Shown here: positions 38,666-52,078 of the stretch, in pieces
How positions within the stretch are numbered: the stretch's first letter is position 1
Layout of the letters: the number at the start of each line of letters is the position of its first letter
Origin: Octopus vulgaris
Taxonomy: Eukaryota
NCBI GenBank assembly: GCA_951406725.2
Contig: OX597825.1
Location: 50,840,001-50,904,000 of the forward strand
DNA length: 64,000 nt
Direction of reading: 5' to 3'
Position numbers and translations under genes: made by a program
Notes under the pieces: generated by a model
The model's database searches: none
The model's input: only the letters and a program-made list of their open reading frames with translations
What the model was told of the DNA's origin: nothing

Positions 38666-39480
38666 AGAGTTTACAAAAAAAAAACAAAAGACGAAGACAG
38701 GTGGTGTTCAAAACAAACAGATGTATTAGTATAACGCTGAGGAATAGAAAAAGTCTTTCACGTTTCGAGACTACGCTCTTCTACAGAAAGTGACACAGAA
38801 AAAACAAGGAGAGAAACAAGGAGAGAAAAAATGTGTGTAGTGGCTATCGATCTATCATGGCGACTACTTACAGGATGGAGTGAGGTGGATGAAACGCAGA
38901 CTCCTACAGAGGATGGAGCGCTCCGCCACTGAGAGGGGAAGATCTGAGGGAATGGTAACAACAGACTGAAGTGGAGAAGGGGTGGATGGAATAGAAGTAG
39001 GAAGTGTGGATAGGGTGGAGATAGGAGGGGTGGTAGGGCTGGGGGGAGGGAGTGGGAATGTGTGAGGGGGGTTTGGAGGAACAGTGGGGTTGGTTGTGGG
39101 TGGGTGGAGCCTATCAGGGAGGGAGAAGGGTAGTGGAGGAGTTGGGGTAGTGGCATCGGGTGTGATGGAATGGAGGAGTGAGTGCAGTTTACGAAGTTTG
39201 GTGTTGGCAAGAAATTGATGAAAGAGATGATTTAAATGAATTATATAACGCAACGTGTTGTGAGAATGTAAGGGCCGCAGATAGGAGAAAAAGATGGAAA
39301 GAGATTGGAGCGAATGGTGGCAGGCATAAGGCGGTAAGATGTGGTACGGTGTATGGGTAGAATAGATGAAGCAGAGTGGAGAGTAGGGTGGATATGAAGG
39401 CGGAAACCTTTAAGGATGAGGCAGTGATGTAAGCAGCGACTGAGAAATGAAACGTGGCTAGAGAAGCGGATTTTTCTAAA
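38660..39480 (-). mobile_element. PLE deletion derivative: ORF N-terminus fused directly to the 3' pLTR
   Basis: KIRFSSHVSFLSRCLHHCLILKGFRL and VVTIPSDLPLSVAERSILCRSLRF match PLE N-terminal motifs (H..FL..C..PKG; LS..E..L.KGL.F); then pLTR AGAAGAGCGTAGTCTCGAAACG homologous to 17330-17430. Confidence 0.65.
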
Positions 39481-39496
39481 AATGTATGTGTGTATG

Positions 39497-39555
<59 letters not shown>

Positions 39556-39605
39556 GAAAAAACAAGTCAAAAATAGAAAATGCTAAGATAATTTTATAGT
39601 GAATC

Positions 39606-39650
39606 TTTCAGTACCGGTTTCGGTCATTTTGAGACCTTTTCAACTGTAAC
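39606..39650 (-). ncRNA. minimal type I hammerhead ribozyme with U3-A8 core
   Basis: TTACAG-TTGAAAA-GGTC-TCAAAAT-GACC-GAAA-C-CG-GTA-CTGAAA; 4-bp stem II, palindromic ACCGGT stem III, GUA site, stem I CAG/CTG. Confidence 0.75.
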
Positions 39651-39761
39651 GATTAAATAATTAAATTTAGAAAAATTAGAAGAAAAGTTTTTTTAAAAGA
39701 ATATTTCTGTAGTAGTGTTCAGATATAAGTAGCATTCTGCCTTTCTCTGACTCCCTTGTAT

Positions 39762-39901
<140 letters not shown>

Positions 39902-39908
39902 GCATGCA

Positions 39909-40290
39909 GGCGCAATGGCCCAGTGGTTAGGGCAGCGGAATCGCGGTCGTAGGGTATAGGGACGCGGTTTCAATTCCCAGACCAGGACTTATGATTGTTT
40001 ATTGAGCGAAAATTCCTAAAGCTCCACGAGGCTCCAGCAGGTATGGTGGCAAACCCTGCTCTACTGTTCCACCACAACTTTCTCTCACTCTTTCTTCTTG
40101 TTTCTGTGGTACCTTTATTTCAGAACGCCAGCCTTGTTACTCACTTTGTCACTCTGAATCTCCCCGAGAACTACGTTAAGAATACTACGTGTCTGTGGAG
40201 TGTTCAGTCACTTGCACGTTAATTTCACGAGCAGGCTGTTCCATTGATCGGATGAACTGGAAATATTTTTGTCGTAATCGACGGAGTACT
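39909..40290 (+). mobile_element. tRNA-derived SINE family C
   Basis: Head GGCGCAATGGCCCAGTGGTTAGGGCAGCGG (A box) and GGTTTCAATTCCC (B box); body unrelated to families A and B; body fragment also at 31240-31280 (-). Confidence 0.75.
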
Positions 40291-40297
40291 ACGATAT

Positions 40298-40364
<67 letters not shown>

Positions 40365-40384
40365 TTATTCACACACACATATGC

Positions 40385-40510
40385 GATTTTCTTTCAGTTT
40401 CCGTCTACCAAGTCCACTCACAAGGCTTTGGTCGGCCCGAAGGTATTGTAGAAGACAGTTGCCCAAGATGCCAAGCATTGAGACTTACTTACCACACAGC
40501 CACTCCTGTG

Positions 40511-40512
<2 letters not shown>
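40385..40512 (-). mobile_element. SINE family A fragment, internally deleted
   Basis: TTTCAGTTTCCGTCTACCAAGTCCACTCACAAGGCTTTGGTCG..CTTACCACACAGCCACTCCTGTGCC is the reverse complement of the family A head. Confidence 0.75.
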
Positions 40513-40569
<57 letters not shown>

Positions 40570-41071
40570 GATATGGGAGTGGAGAAATATGAGAGAGAGA
40601 GAGAGCAAAAATGCATTCAGTGGAATACAAATTTAAATAATAGAAAATTAACTACTTTCCTCCCCACTCACATGCTAAAATAATTTCTCAGTTTGAGTAA
40701 AATACTTTTTCTCCACAATTTATGACTTATACATTGGATTCCTTTTGAATGACACGCAGACATCTTTGTGTAATCTGAAAGAAGAAGAATTCAGATTTTG
40801 TACGGAGATTGGGATAATTCGTCATCTTTGGAATTCATTTGAAAAGCTCAATATTAATATCTGTGAAAGAATGTAAATTAGCTGTAGAAAATATGGTACT
40901 TGAGACGAAGTAAGGCGGAGGTTTAAAGAAATGGATGTGATTTGTGTCACTACACAAACAAAGAATTCACTTGATTAATGACAATAGCTATGTGATTGCG
41001 TGGCAAAAAGTGTTAAACCTAAAATCCGTATCACTCTTCATTAAAAAAAAATTGCGTTTGCATGATGAGTA

Positions 41072-41138
<67 letters not shown>

Positions 41139-41244
41139 GTATATATGTACATATATATATGCATACATATATATATGTATATATATATATACATATATAT
41201 ATATACATATATATATGTACATATATATATGTACATATATAGAC

Positions 41245-41309
<65 letters not shown>

Positions 41310-41314
<5 letters not shown>

Positions 41315-41750
41315 CTCATATCTGCATTCGGTCTGCTTAGGTTATTATGTCCTATCATATGTACTGCTTCTTTTAGTTTTCGTATTTTCCAGTGGTGTTC
41401 TCTGTCTATTATTTTAACTTTATCCCACAGGGGTCTCTGTGTTCCCATACATGATCAAGAATACCCGATTTATAAATATCTCCTTGTGTAACAGCTTTGC
41501 GATCTTCCTCTACCCTTATTTTTAAGGGGATGACATGTTTCGTCGTTGTATAGCCTAGCACAGCTGCATAGGATGGAGTACACGCAGTCTTTCGTCATAT
41601 TCTCTCCTATTGGTGGTCTTACATGAAGGAGATATTTGCGAAGTGTTGTATTACTCTTGAATACTGTCCTGATATCATATGGGCCGTATATCGTTTGTAT
41701 CTTTTCGGAGATGCTTTTCACATAGGGTAGACTGACTGTGGTCAGTTTAT
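41310..41750 (-). mobile_element. Penelope/Poseidon-type PLE thumb and GIY-YIG fragment
   Basis: [73 protein letters not shown]. Confidence 0.85.
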
Positions 41751-42781
41751 GACGACAAAAAACCGTCCTCCATACTCTACCAACATGCCAAAGACCATCA
41801 TGGAGGCAGCTTGAGTCAACTTGACACCCGCATCTTATCCAAGTACCCAAATGGCCCAACACTCAGACAAATACGGGAGTACGTCCTTATAAATAAAACT
41901 TTCACAATACTAAATAGGAAATATTCCTAGTAGATATCATACCCCCATACTCAAAGTTTACACAGGTAGAGTAGAATAGTTAGTGGCCTGTTATGTAGAT
42001 ATATGGATGTATGCGCGCGCGCGTGTGAGGGTATATATGTGTATATGTACATGTATGGAAGCTTATGGATATGAAAATAAACAGATCAACATACAGTCGG
42101 ATAAGTACATAGGTTATATGAACAGACACACACACATACGCAAATGGAGACTGAAACACATAACCATATATACGCACACACTTTACTTCACACAAGGACA
42201 CATATGGAAACACAGACCCACACATATAGAGATGCACATCCATACATACAAACATGGTACATAGTTGCAAAACACACACACACAGACATGCACAAACAAA
42301 GAGACAGAGGTGCATGCATATGTAAACACACCCACATACACACATACATAAAAAATACACAAACACGGACATACAAGGACATGAAAATGCAGAATACATA
42401 CATACAGATGCACACACATACATACACACGTACATACAATCATGAATGCATAGGCACACACACACAGACCCACACACATGCACACAAACGAACAAAAAGG
42501 AACGCATTGTAAATAACGGAGAGTCAAGACTATTGAAAATTTGCAAGACACAACGACAATTTTGGGAAAATAAAATTAAGGAGTAAGTGGAAATTTTACC
42601 GGTGAGTATGTTAAATTATAAGGTACAAAAAGAAAATGACTCTCCCCAGACACAACAGTATATATATATATATACATATGTTCAAGTATATATATATATA
42701 TATATATAAAAGCATATACATATATATATATATGTATATATGTAGAATGAGGCATACACACATACATTTCATACACACACA

Positions 42782-42836
<55 letters not shown>

Positions 42837-42871
42837 TTATATATATATATATAAATATATATAGATATATA

Positions 42872-42971
42872 TTTTTTGCTAATAACTTAATTCCACGAGT
42901 ATTCTTATAAACGCTGTAAAGACGTTTTCCGATTCAAAATTTTAGTTCATCACAAAACCTCGCTATGCTAA

Positions 42972-43009
<38 letters not shown>

Positions 43010-43667
43010 TTAAGATCTTTGAATTTTAATATTTTATAAGTCTTATGTTGTAATAATATTGTTTTTTATGTAAATATCGTTGTTTATGTAATGATCTAAT
43101 CATCGTAATTTTCTATATAATTATTAGATATTAACTTTAAGTTTATTCGTAAGAATTTACTTAGCGATAGATACGTTGTTTGATAGCAAGTATACGAGTT
43201 GTTTGAAGTTAGGTTTAATAAATCTTATAGTATAGAGTGATTCTATTCTTTATCTGTAACTTCATTCTATTTACATTTATTGATAAACAATAACTGTTCC
43301 CATTCACAATCTTTATTGATAAAGCGTATTCTTCAACAATTCATTCTTTTTTGCTCATAACGTAATTCCACGAGTATTCTTATAAACGCTGTAAAGACGT
43401 TTTCCGATTCAAAATTTTAGTTCATCACAAGACCTCGCTAAGCTAAGTATATATATATTTATTTTTAAGATCTTTGAATTTTAATATTTTATAAGTCTTA
43501 TGGAGTAATAATATTGTTTTTTTATGTAAATATCGTTGTTTATGTAATGATCTAATTATCGTAATTTTCTATATAATTATTAATTAACTTTAAGTTTATT
43601 CGTAAGAATTTACTTAGCGACAGATATGTTGTTTGATAGCAAGTATACGAGTTGTTTGAAGTTAGGT
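42872..43667. repeat. two near-identical ~320-340-bp direct repeats in extremely AT-rich DNA
   Basis: TAATTCCACGAGTATTCTTATAAACGCTGTAAAGACG..GTTTGAAGTTAGGT at 42872-43214 and 43347-43667. Confidence 0.9.
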
Positions 43668-44377
43668 CTATGTATATACATGTATTAATAGCATTAATTG
43701 TAGTTTTAAATTTCTTATAATTATTATTTTAACTTATCTATTGTCTTTTTAAATTGATATTCGCTAGATTTATTATTCCCATTGATAAATATATTTATAG
43801 TATTTTTTTAATACTATATATATACGAATTGATTATTTCTTTAAGTATTTTAAATATAAGATTTCTGAAAGTTATTCTTTAGCTAACGAGATATAAAGAT
43901 AGTTAATTTGATATAGCGTTCGTTTAAGATTGTTTGTTTGCTTTTTTGAAATTAGCTATTTCATCTTTAAATATGAAAAATTAATTGATAGGTCTTTATT
44001 ATATATGCATATATATATTTATAGAGATTATTTTAGATCTTAATTATAATATTTATATACATTTATATATTTTCATTGATAATTTATATATTATTTGAAT
44101 TTATATTTTTAATAATATAATAGTTTTTTTGTAAAATATTTATGTAATTAGATATTGACTATTACTGATATTAGACTATTTGTGGGTTTCTTACCTTAAA
44201 AATTAATACTTAAAAATTAAAATTAATATTTACCATTATAATTGATGTTTTGATTTAATCATAATCGTTAAGTTTCTAGTTTGATAATAGAGTTTTTTAT
44301 AAGTAAAATTATTATATTATTTATTTCTTAAAAATATTGTTTAAATATTTCTGTTTACTTATGAAAATATTACAATT

Positions 44378-44472
44378 AACCTGAAGATTGACAGTAACCA
44401 TAATTCGAATTATTAATTGAATTTAAATTATTGTTATTCGAATTGGTTATGGGCATGAAACGATCGTAGTGT
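44378..44472 (+). ncRNA. type I hammerhead motif with long stem II
   Basis: AAC-CTGAAGA-TTG..TAACCA-TAATTCGAAT..ATTCGAAT-TGGTTA..CAT-GAAA-C-GATC-GTA-GT; palindromic ACGATCGT stem III; stem I only ~2 bp. Confidence 0.65.
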
Positions 44473-44798
44473 TTTTACTATTTATCTTATATTAAACTTT
44501 TAATACTTTTTGATAGTTATATAATTTACAAAAAATAAATAAATAAATAAATAAATAAATAAAATAAAATAAAATAATAAAATAATAATAATAAATATAT
44601 ATATATATTTAAAATTTATAAGTGTAAATTATTTAAATAATTTAAAAAATTTTAACTTTAATTTAAATATTTTAATTTGGAATTTTATATTTTATATTTT
44701 TTATATTTATATCTTATATTTTTTAATTAATTTTTCTATCTATTGGCTTATGATTTTCACTGTTTGATTTGCCTAATAGTGGTTTTATCTCTAATTTA

Positions 44799-44853
<55 letters not shown>

Positions 44854-47800
44854 GTATATGTATATATGAATATATATATATATACATACATATATATATA
44901 TATATATTTATATATACACTCACACACACACATATATATATAGACAGAGAGAGAGAAAGAGAGAGATGTATGTATGTGTTTATAATCATAATTTTAAATC
45001 ATATCATCTCTATTTTCAATCATAAACCTCATTTTAAATCAATATAATACAATAGATTTTTCCAACTTATTTAGTTCTAATACAAAAGGATTTGGGGGAT
45101 TGTATGAAAATCCCTATTCGTACAATATAAAAATTCTGGATATTGAATAATTTTTATTGCTATTTTGTAGGGTGAAAGTCATGTGAATTTACTAATAAGA
45201 GGTAGCTTTGAAAAAAGTTTGTGTTTCACTGTAAATTTCATTTAAATATTTCTCTGCATTTTCCTCGATTATGAAGTTTGTCTTCGAGATAGTGTTATCA
45301 TTGTTAAGGTAGATGGTGTTTCTCGTTTCCATGTTTATAACATAAATGAGAGAATAAACTAATAAATTCTATTCAGTTTTCATTTTACGATATCTAACAA
45401 AGAAATTCGGAAGATAATTAACTAAAATAATGGCCAGCAACATGTGTCAGGATGAGCGAAGTACATCTTTGGTGACATCAGTTTTTATGATGAATGATAT
45501 CATCATAATACTATAAATCATATCGCCATCACTTTAACTTCTTAGGGACAATGGGCGAATCTCTCAATTCATACTCTCCAATCATTTTATTATCTTTTAG
45601 TCATGGCTGTGACCATGAACCTTTACGAGGCCTCTGGTGTAGCGGGAGGCTGATATCCTTAAATTGGAGGCCCGACTTGACTGATTGAATACGTGTAGGT
45701 GACATATTAAATCCAAAATCAACGTAGGTCACGACAGAATTTGAACTCACTAAACAAACAACAAGAACAAATACCGCAAATTATCCATTCCAATGTTCTC
45801 ACAGTTCCAACAACCAACCGCCTAGAGAGGTACTTTCCTTAATCAACCCTGACAGACGAAAGGTAGGATTTGAACTCAGCTTGTGAGGAGTCAGAAGAAA
45901 TGCTGTTAATCATTCTATCCAACGCCCTAACAACTTAACCGATTTACTGAATTAAACTGAATTCGCGCCCAAGTTGCACTGTGTCTGAATAAAATAGAGG
46001 GACTTCTTTTATTATAGTTTGCTCGATAAGGTTTGATCGTGGGTTAAATAACATCAACAATATGACCCTATATAAATTTCAACAATATCTAACTCGCTTC
46101 ATTCTCTTGGTTCATTCTCATTCTCTGAAACCAACCCATAATATAAAGGATTCCATTCTGTGTAATGTATATTCTGTTGAAAACATTCTCTGCAATGATT
46201 ATTCTGTTTTCTATTCAGCTGTGTTATTTTATGATGAATACTATTTCAATAGCGTTATTTGATAAAACCCTCTGCTACCGTTTCTTGAGTTATCCCATCT
46301 AATGTAGTTTTATGTGTGTACATATAATGAAACCTGATGGTTCTGTGCAGGACATGCATAGGTAGCTTCTATAAAAGGGAGTAGATGTCTGGCGTAGGTG
46401 ACAACTATTATAGTATTTGCAGCTTACATGTGAACATTTACATTATGTTAGTAACACTTAAAATCTTTTCAGTAAATATGTGTGTAGGTGTGTGTAGGGT
46501 AGGGTGATTCCCATGTTATACTATTAACAGTGTCTTATTCTAATAGATAATGACGAAAATCCTATACACAATGTTTTAGGTTAGTTTTCAATGTGTTATG
46601 TATGACATGTTATTGCAGTAGCAATCGTAGAACATTCTATGGTAGTGTAAACCAAAACTAAATATACACAGCGAAAATAAATATTCAGGAAGCAATATAA
46701 GATAGGCTTTGTGAAGGATTCCATTTAAAAAAGCATCATAAATGCACATAAATCAATTTACTAGCACAAACGATAGCTATATTTTCTCTTTAAATCATTG
46801 AATACAAAACTAAAAAAAGCTACAACTGTTTAACGATGGTCATAAATGTTGATTAAGTGCATTTATCATACATGTTTAAAAGGAAGATTTTTAATGAAAT
46901 CCTAGATGAATAATACATAATATTAATTTTCAAAATATTTTCCTTAATATATGCAGATTAAAACCAAAGCTGAGACGAAAGAGCTAATCCTCAGGGAGAA
47001 GTAAAACAAAATAGTAACTCTATGGTTGGAGTGGTTATTGTTGTTTCTAGATTGGTGTTGTGGTTGCATAGCGAAGAAGCAAAGATGTGTACTGGAATAC
47101 TGATAAAATAACGTGAGCATTTTTTACTATCACTAATGATACTTGGCTGCTTTAGAAGGATAGACAGTGTTGGAAGTTGCTGAAATCGTTGTGATCTCTA
47201 ATCAGCATCTTATGAACGGAAATTCCTGTAGTGCAAGTTATAATATACATATCATACCACACACATATACATATATGTATAGGTGTAGTTGCTGTTCATT
47301 ATCAACCTAACATCACCCTTTCTGAACCGACAGTCCTTAATCCCGCCCTTCAATACGACACGTTAAAATCACTTATCATTCGTTTTTACCATAGCTCGTC
47401 TCTATCATTATCCAACGCTCCATTTCTCTTTCATACAAACAGACATCTGTCCGGCGTTCTTGTCTCATTCCCTTGCTCTTTGTCTCCCCCCTCTCTCTCT
47501 TTCTCCCCCTCCCTATTACTCTCTTTCTCCCTTTATTTGTCTTCATTCTTTCACCTACTCACACTGATCACTTTTTTCTCATCGTTTTCTTTTACTCCTG
47601 TTTACTCTTGGCCGTATTTCTTAACAAGAGCGGAGAAAGTGCCAGGAACGTAATGATGACGCGATTCTTGTGTGGCAAAAGCTGCCACGCAAAAGTTTCC
47701 ACGGATTGCAGCGCACACTTTCAACGTTTATCATGGACTGTCGCTCAGGTTTAATGTCGTTTACATTGGCTGTTGCTCTCGATTTGGAAGTCTGATGCCT

Positions 47801-47877
47801 CATGTGACATTGAGTGTGGCTCGAACAGTTCTTTCCATACTCTTGCAGCAACATTAGAAACGTTTATAATATACATA

Positions 47878-48315
47878 GATGCAGGCGAGTCTGTATGATA
47901 AAAAGCTTACTTCTCAACCAAATAGTTTCTGGTTCAGGCCCACTGCGTGGCACCTTGAGTAAGTGTCTTCTACTGTAGCTTTCGCCGACCAAAGTCTTGT
48001 GAATGGCTTTGGTCGATGACAACTGAAAGAAGTCCGTCGTTCATATAAATATGCACGTGTGTGCGTGCGTTCGTCCGTGTGTATGTGTGTGTGTGTGTGT
48101 GTCACTGTGTCTGTGTTTGTCCCCCACCACCGCTTGACAATGGTGTTGATGTGCTTTCGTCCCTGTAAATTAGCGGTTCGGAAAAAGAAACCGATATATG
48201 TGGCAGGCTTAAAAAATTTTAAGTACTGAAATCAGTTGTTCCAAATAAAAATTATTCGAAGCTGTGCCCCCAGCATGATGCAGTCTAATAACTGAAACAA
48301 GTAAAAGATAAAAGA
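47878..48315 (+). mobile_element. tRNA-derived SINE family A, near full length
   Basis: Colinear with 4782-5215; tail CAGTCTAATAACTGAAACAAGTAAAAGATAAAAGA. Confidence 0.85.
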
Positions 48316-51053
48316 TTAAAAATAAATGATATATCAGAGCTCTTCCAAATCATTTACCGTTTCCCTTTTGACAAGTCACCATGATCACTGGGCATTATGT
48401 TGCTGCTAACCCTGTAGATTGATGACGAATTGCTGTGACATGATGTGGCTACTATTAAGCTGAATGTGAAAGAGATCCATACCCAGCGCTAGAGAAGCTG
48501 GCTGCTTGACAAGCTTTTTGGCAAACAAACTAAATGCTTCCGATTTCCCTTTCAAATATATCCTTAGTGTTGCTGAAATATCCCGCACAACACATGCTCG
48601 CGTATTTTGCTGCCAATTACAAAAATGTTTACCTCTTTGAAGAGTTCTCCATCTGATGTACCTTTCATTTTTTGATGACCAAACATGACTAGTTTTGATA
48701 AATTTCATTTATTGGTGTCCTCGAAAGAAGTGTTTTGTGAAACCACTTTTACTTGTGAGGTCCAGTAGAGCGTCTGAAATATGGAGAACCAGAATTTCAG
48801 TCATACCAATGAACGTTATCAGGTTGTTATTACACTTCGTGTGTATGTATTAGATCTCCGCTTAATATACAACGGCCTCTATGTTACAGAATCCATCTAG
48901 TAGATATGCCAAGTCCATGTGTGACGTAGACTAATTTATAATCTATATTGTTTGCGGCACTGTTAAAACAAATCTAAAGACTGTACCTTCTGAAACATTT
49001 AATCCATCTGTCCTAAGTGAAGGAAAGCCTCCCTGAAATTGATAAATATTATCAGTTCCAGGAAAGTTTTCTTTCTGGTCTTCTGTTCGTCTATGGCTGC
49101 AGAGAAAATTGCCGCTTGCTTTTGATTTTGTGCTCACCGTTCCCACATATTCGTAATAGAATATACGATAACAATTATCGGTAAATATACTATTCTTACA
49201 CTAATTCTACTATATGTCTTTAGAACAGTTACTTTGCCGTTCTTTCTAGCACTTGTATAACCGAGAATGTTGTCACTCATATACCCTAGACGTTTCTGAG
49301 ATGTCTGGCTTAAATCAAATAGCTTTAACATACTTTCTATTTCTTTTATTTTAATTTTGTTATCATATCTACTATAAGGCATTTTCTTTCTACTATTTTA
49401 TCAATTTTTGCAGACAAATTCAGCTCACGTTTAAATCGATCATATATAATATCAATAGCTCGTTATTGTTGACATTTACATTGATTCAGAATTTAAATCG
49501 CATGCTAATTTCTCAGTGCTGTTTATTTCAACCTCTGTAATGTCTATTGTTGTATTCTTTTTCCTGCAATCTTCATAAATTCACCCAGCCTCTGATTCAC
49601 ACATTTGTTTATTTTGATACACAGGTGACAATATCTCGTTAAAATCCATGTAGGTTTACAGTAATAAGTTTTGTTCTAATCATTTATTTTCGCCTAACTA
49701 CTATCACATAACGGGTTGCTCATGTAATGACCAAAATATCTTACTATAATCAGTTCGGATCCCGAGATTCACTGTTCAAAAAGGAAATTGTTTCACGCCC
49801 TCTCGAAAGCTTGTACTTATGATGTCAACAACATAAAATTTCCGGTGGTAAGAATAATGTTTCTAAGATGGAGAGAGAATTTGACTGATTCGTTTGGCTC
49901 AATGGTAGAATGTCTGCACGGCTGTAGAAGATGTAGGTGCGAGTCCTACATTCAGCCTCCCATTTTTATAGATGCTATTATTCAAGCCTCTTGATCTTCG
50001 CGATTCGATGTTCCATAAAAATAATTATGTATATATCTTTTTTTTTATTTTGACATAAATTAACTTGTTCTATAACTTTACAACTCCTGAGAATAACTAC
50101 AAATCTATCGATAGTGAAGTCCCTGTTCCCTCCCACGCTCACAAACACAATACTAGTCATTTTGCAATACATACATCAACGCACCCCTTATTCTTCTATA
50201 AATAATATAGCTAACGTAACTTCTCGTCTGTCACTTTCTGAAGTTTCTCCATTAGTTATGCTGATAATTTAATTCAATCCCGCAAAATTCCTGCGCATTA
50301 ACCTTTATAAATTTTCGTAACATTAAATTTTTCTGTATAGATTGAAAAACCTCATTACCTGAAATTTCAAAGTAACTGTCATTCTCTCTATAATAAATAT
50401 TTCACCACTTTCCTAGCAAGTCATTTAGGTAATCATTATTTTGTTATTTTTTTATAACTAAACATATATACATTCAAAACGCATGCGCATACACACCACA
50501 AAAACGCATATATAAACGTATTTGTTTATGCGTATATCCATTCATTTTTCTCCTTCCTCCCCCCTCTCTCTCCACACATACATATAGATAAGTAGACAGG
50601 TAGATAGATAGATAGAGAGAGAAAGAAAGAGAAAGGGAGAGATATGTACATGCAGATATCCCCATATATGCATACGCGCGTTTGTATGTGTGAGTATGTG
50701 CATGTGTGTAGGAAAGGAGATAGGAGACAAATGAAAAAGACGAAGAAGGAAACGAAGAAAATGACATAACTGTATATGTCTCTCTCTTTCTTTGTATCTA
50801 TTGTATCTATCTATCTATCTATCCATCCATATATATATACATATATACACATTCATACGAGCATACATACATGCGTAATTATGTATATGTGTGTATGCAC
50901 AGATATATACAAACTCAACCATGTATATATGCATATATATACATATATTATATACATATATATATATATATATATATACATGCGTATATATTTACATATA
51001 CACACACATATATATATATACATATATAAACCCTCCCCCATATACATACTTAC

Positions 51054-51084
<31 letters not shown>

Positions 51085-52078
51085 CATATGCATACTCACA
51101 CACGTTTGCAAAAGCATATATATGTATATAGCATTTTGATATTAGGTGAAGCCTACAAATATATCTTTCTCTGTTCTATCCTGAAGGCTTATCTGCATTT
51201 GGAGTGATTAGAAAATTAATTGTGCTGGCATAATGTCGTACTGAGATCATCTGATGACATTTAAATTTTCTGGATTTAATTAACTCAGCAATCAGAATAG
51301 ACGGTAGATTTAATCAATATTCTTCAAATATTATGCCATGTCATGCATTTAAAATAACCATCGGAATGTAGTCGATATATATAGTCACTGAGGATGTTGA
51401 ATATGATCTGTGATCGGAGAGGCGCATAAACCGTCATCATCATCATCATCATCATCATCGTCGTCGTCGTCGTAATCGTCATTGTTATCGTTGTCGTCAT
51501 CATCATCATCATTATTATTGTCGACATACTGTGAAGTCACGTCAGGACAGCTTATACTCCGTAGGATTTAAGAATTTTATCAGTCGTTTCAATTGGTTAA
51601 AACTTATTCAGTTATATATAATTTTAATGACAATGTATGCATTGAAGATGTGATATTTCTGTTTAATTGCACCCCTTTGTTGGGGTGCGATTCTGTGGTA
51701 TTTATTTTGCATTTCTTGTAAAAATAAAAGTATTTTTGCAAAATGTTCAAATATCCCGGAACACGACACAATAATAAGAACCATCATTATCATCATTGAC
51801 AACAACTATAACTACAATGTATACAACAACAGCAGCAACAATAATAATAACAACAACAACATGAACAACAAGGAAAACATCATCAACAACAAATATGAAA
51901 GCAAACTGAAAAACTATAGCAAAGGAAACATTGATGGCACTACTACCACTATCATCAACATCAGCAATAGCAGTGGTAGGAGTTCATTCTCGAAACACAG
52001 AAGGACAGACTGTAATTTAAAACTTCATTAGTAGTGTAAAAAAAAATGTGTGATTTCCCTTTTATTTGTCCGACAAAA

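Noticed and set aside
48406-49382. Three consecutive minus-strand ORFs of 67-100 aa
   Set aside because: No recognisable domain; a decayed TE is possible but unsupported without a search
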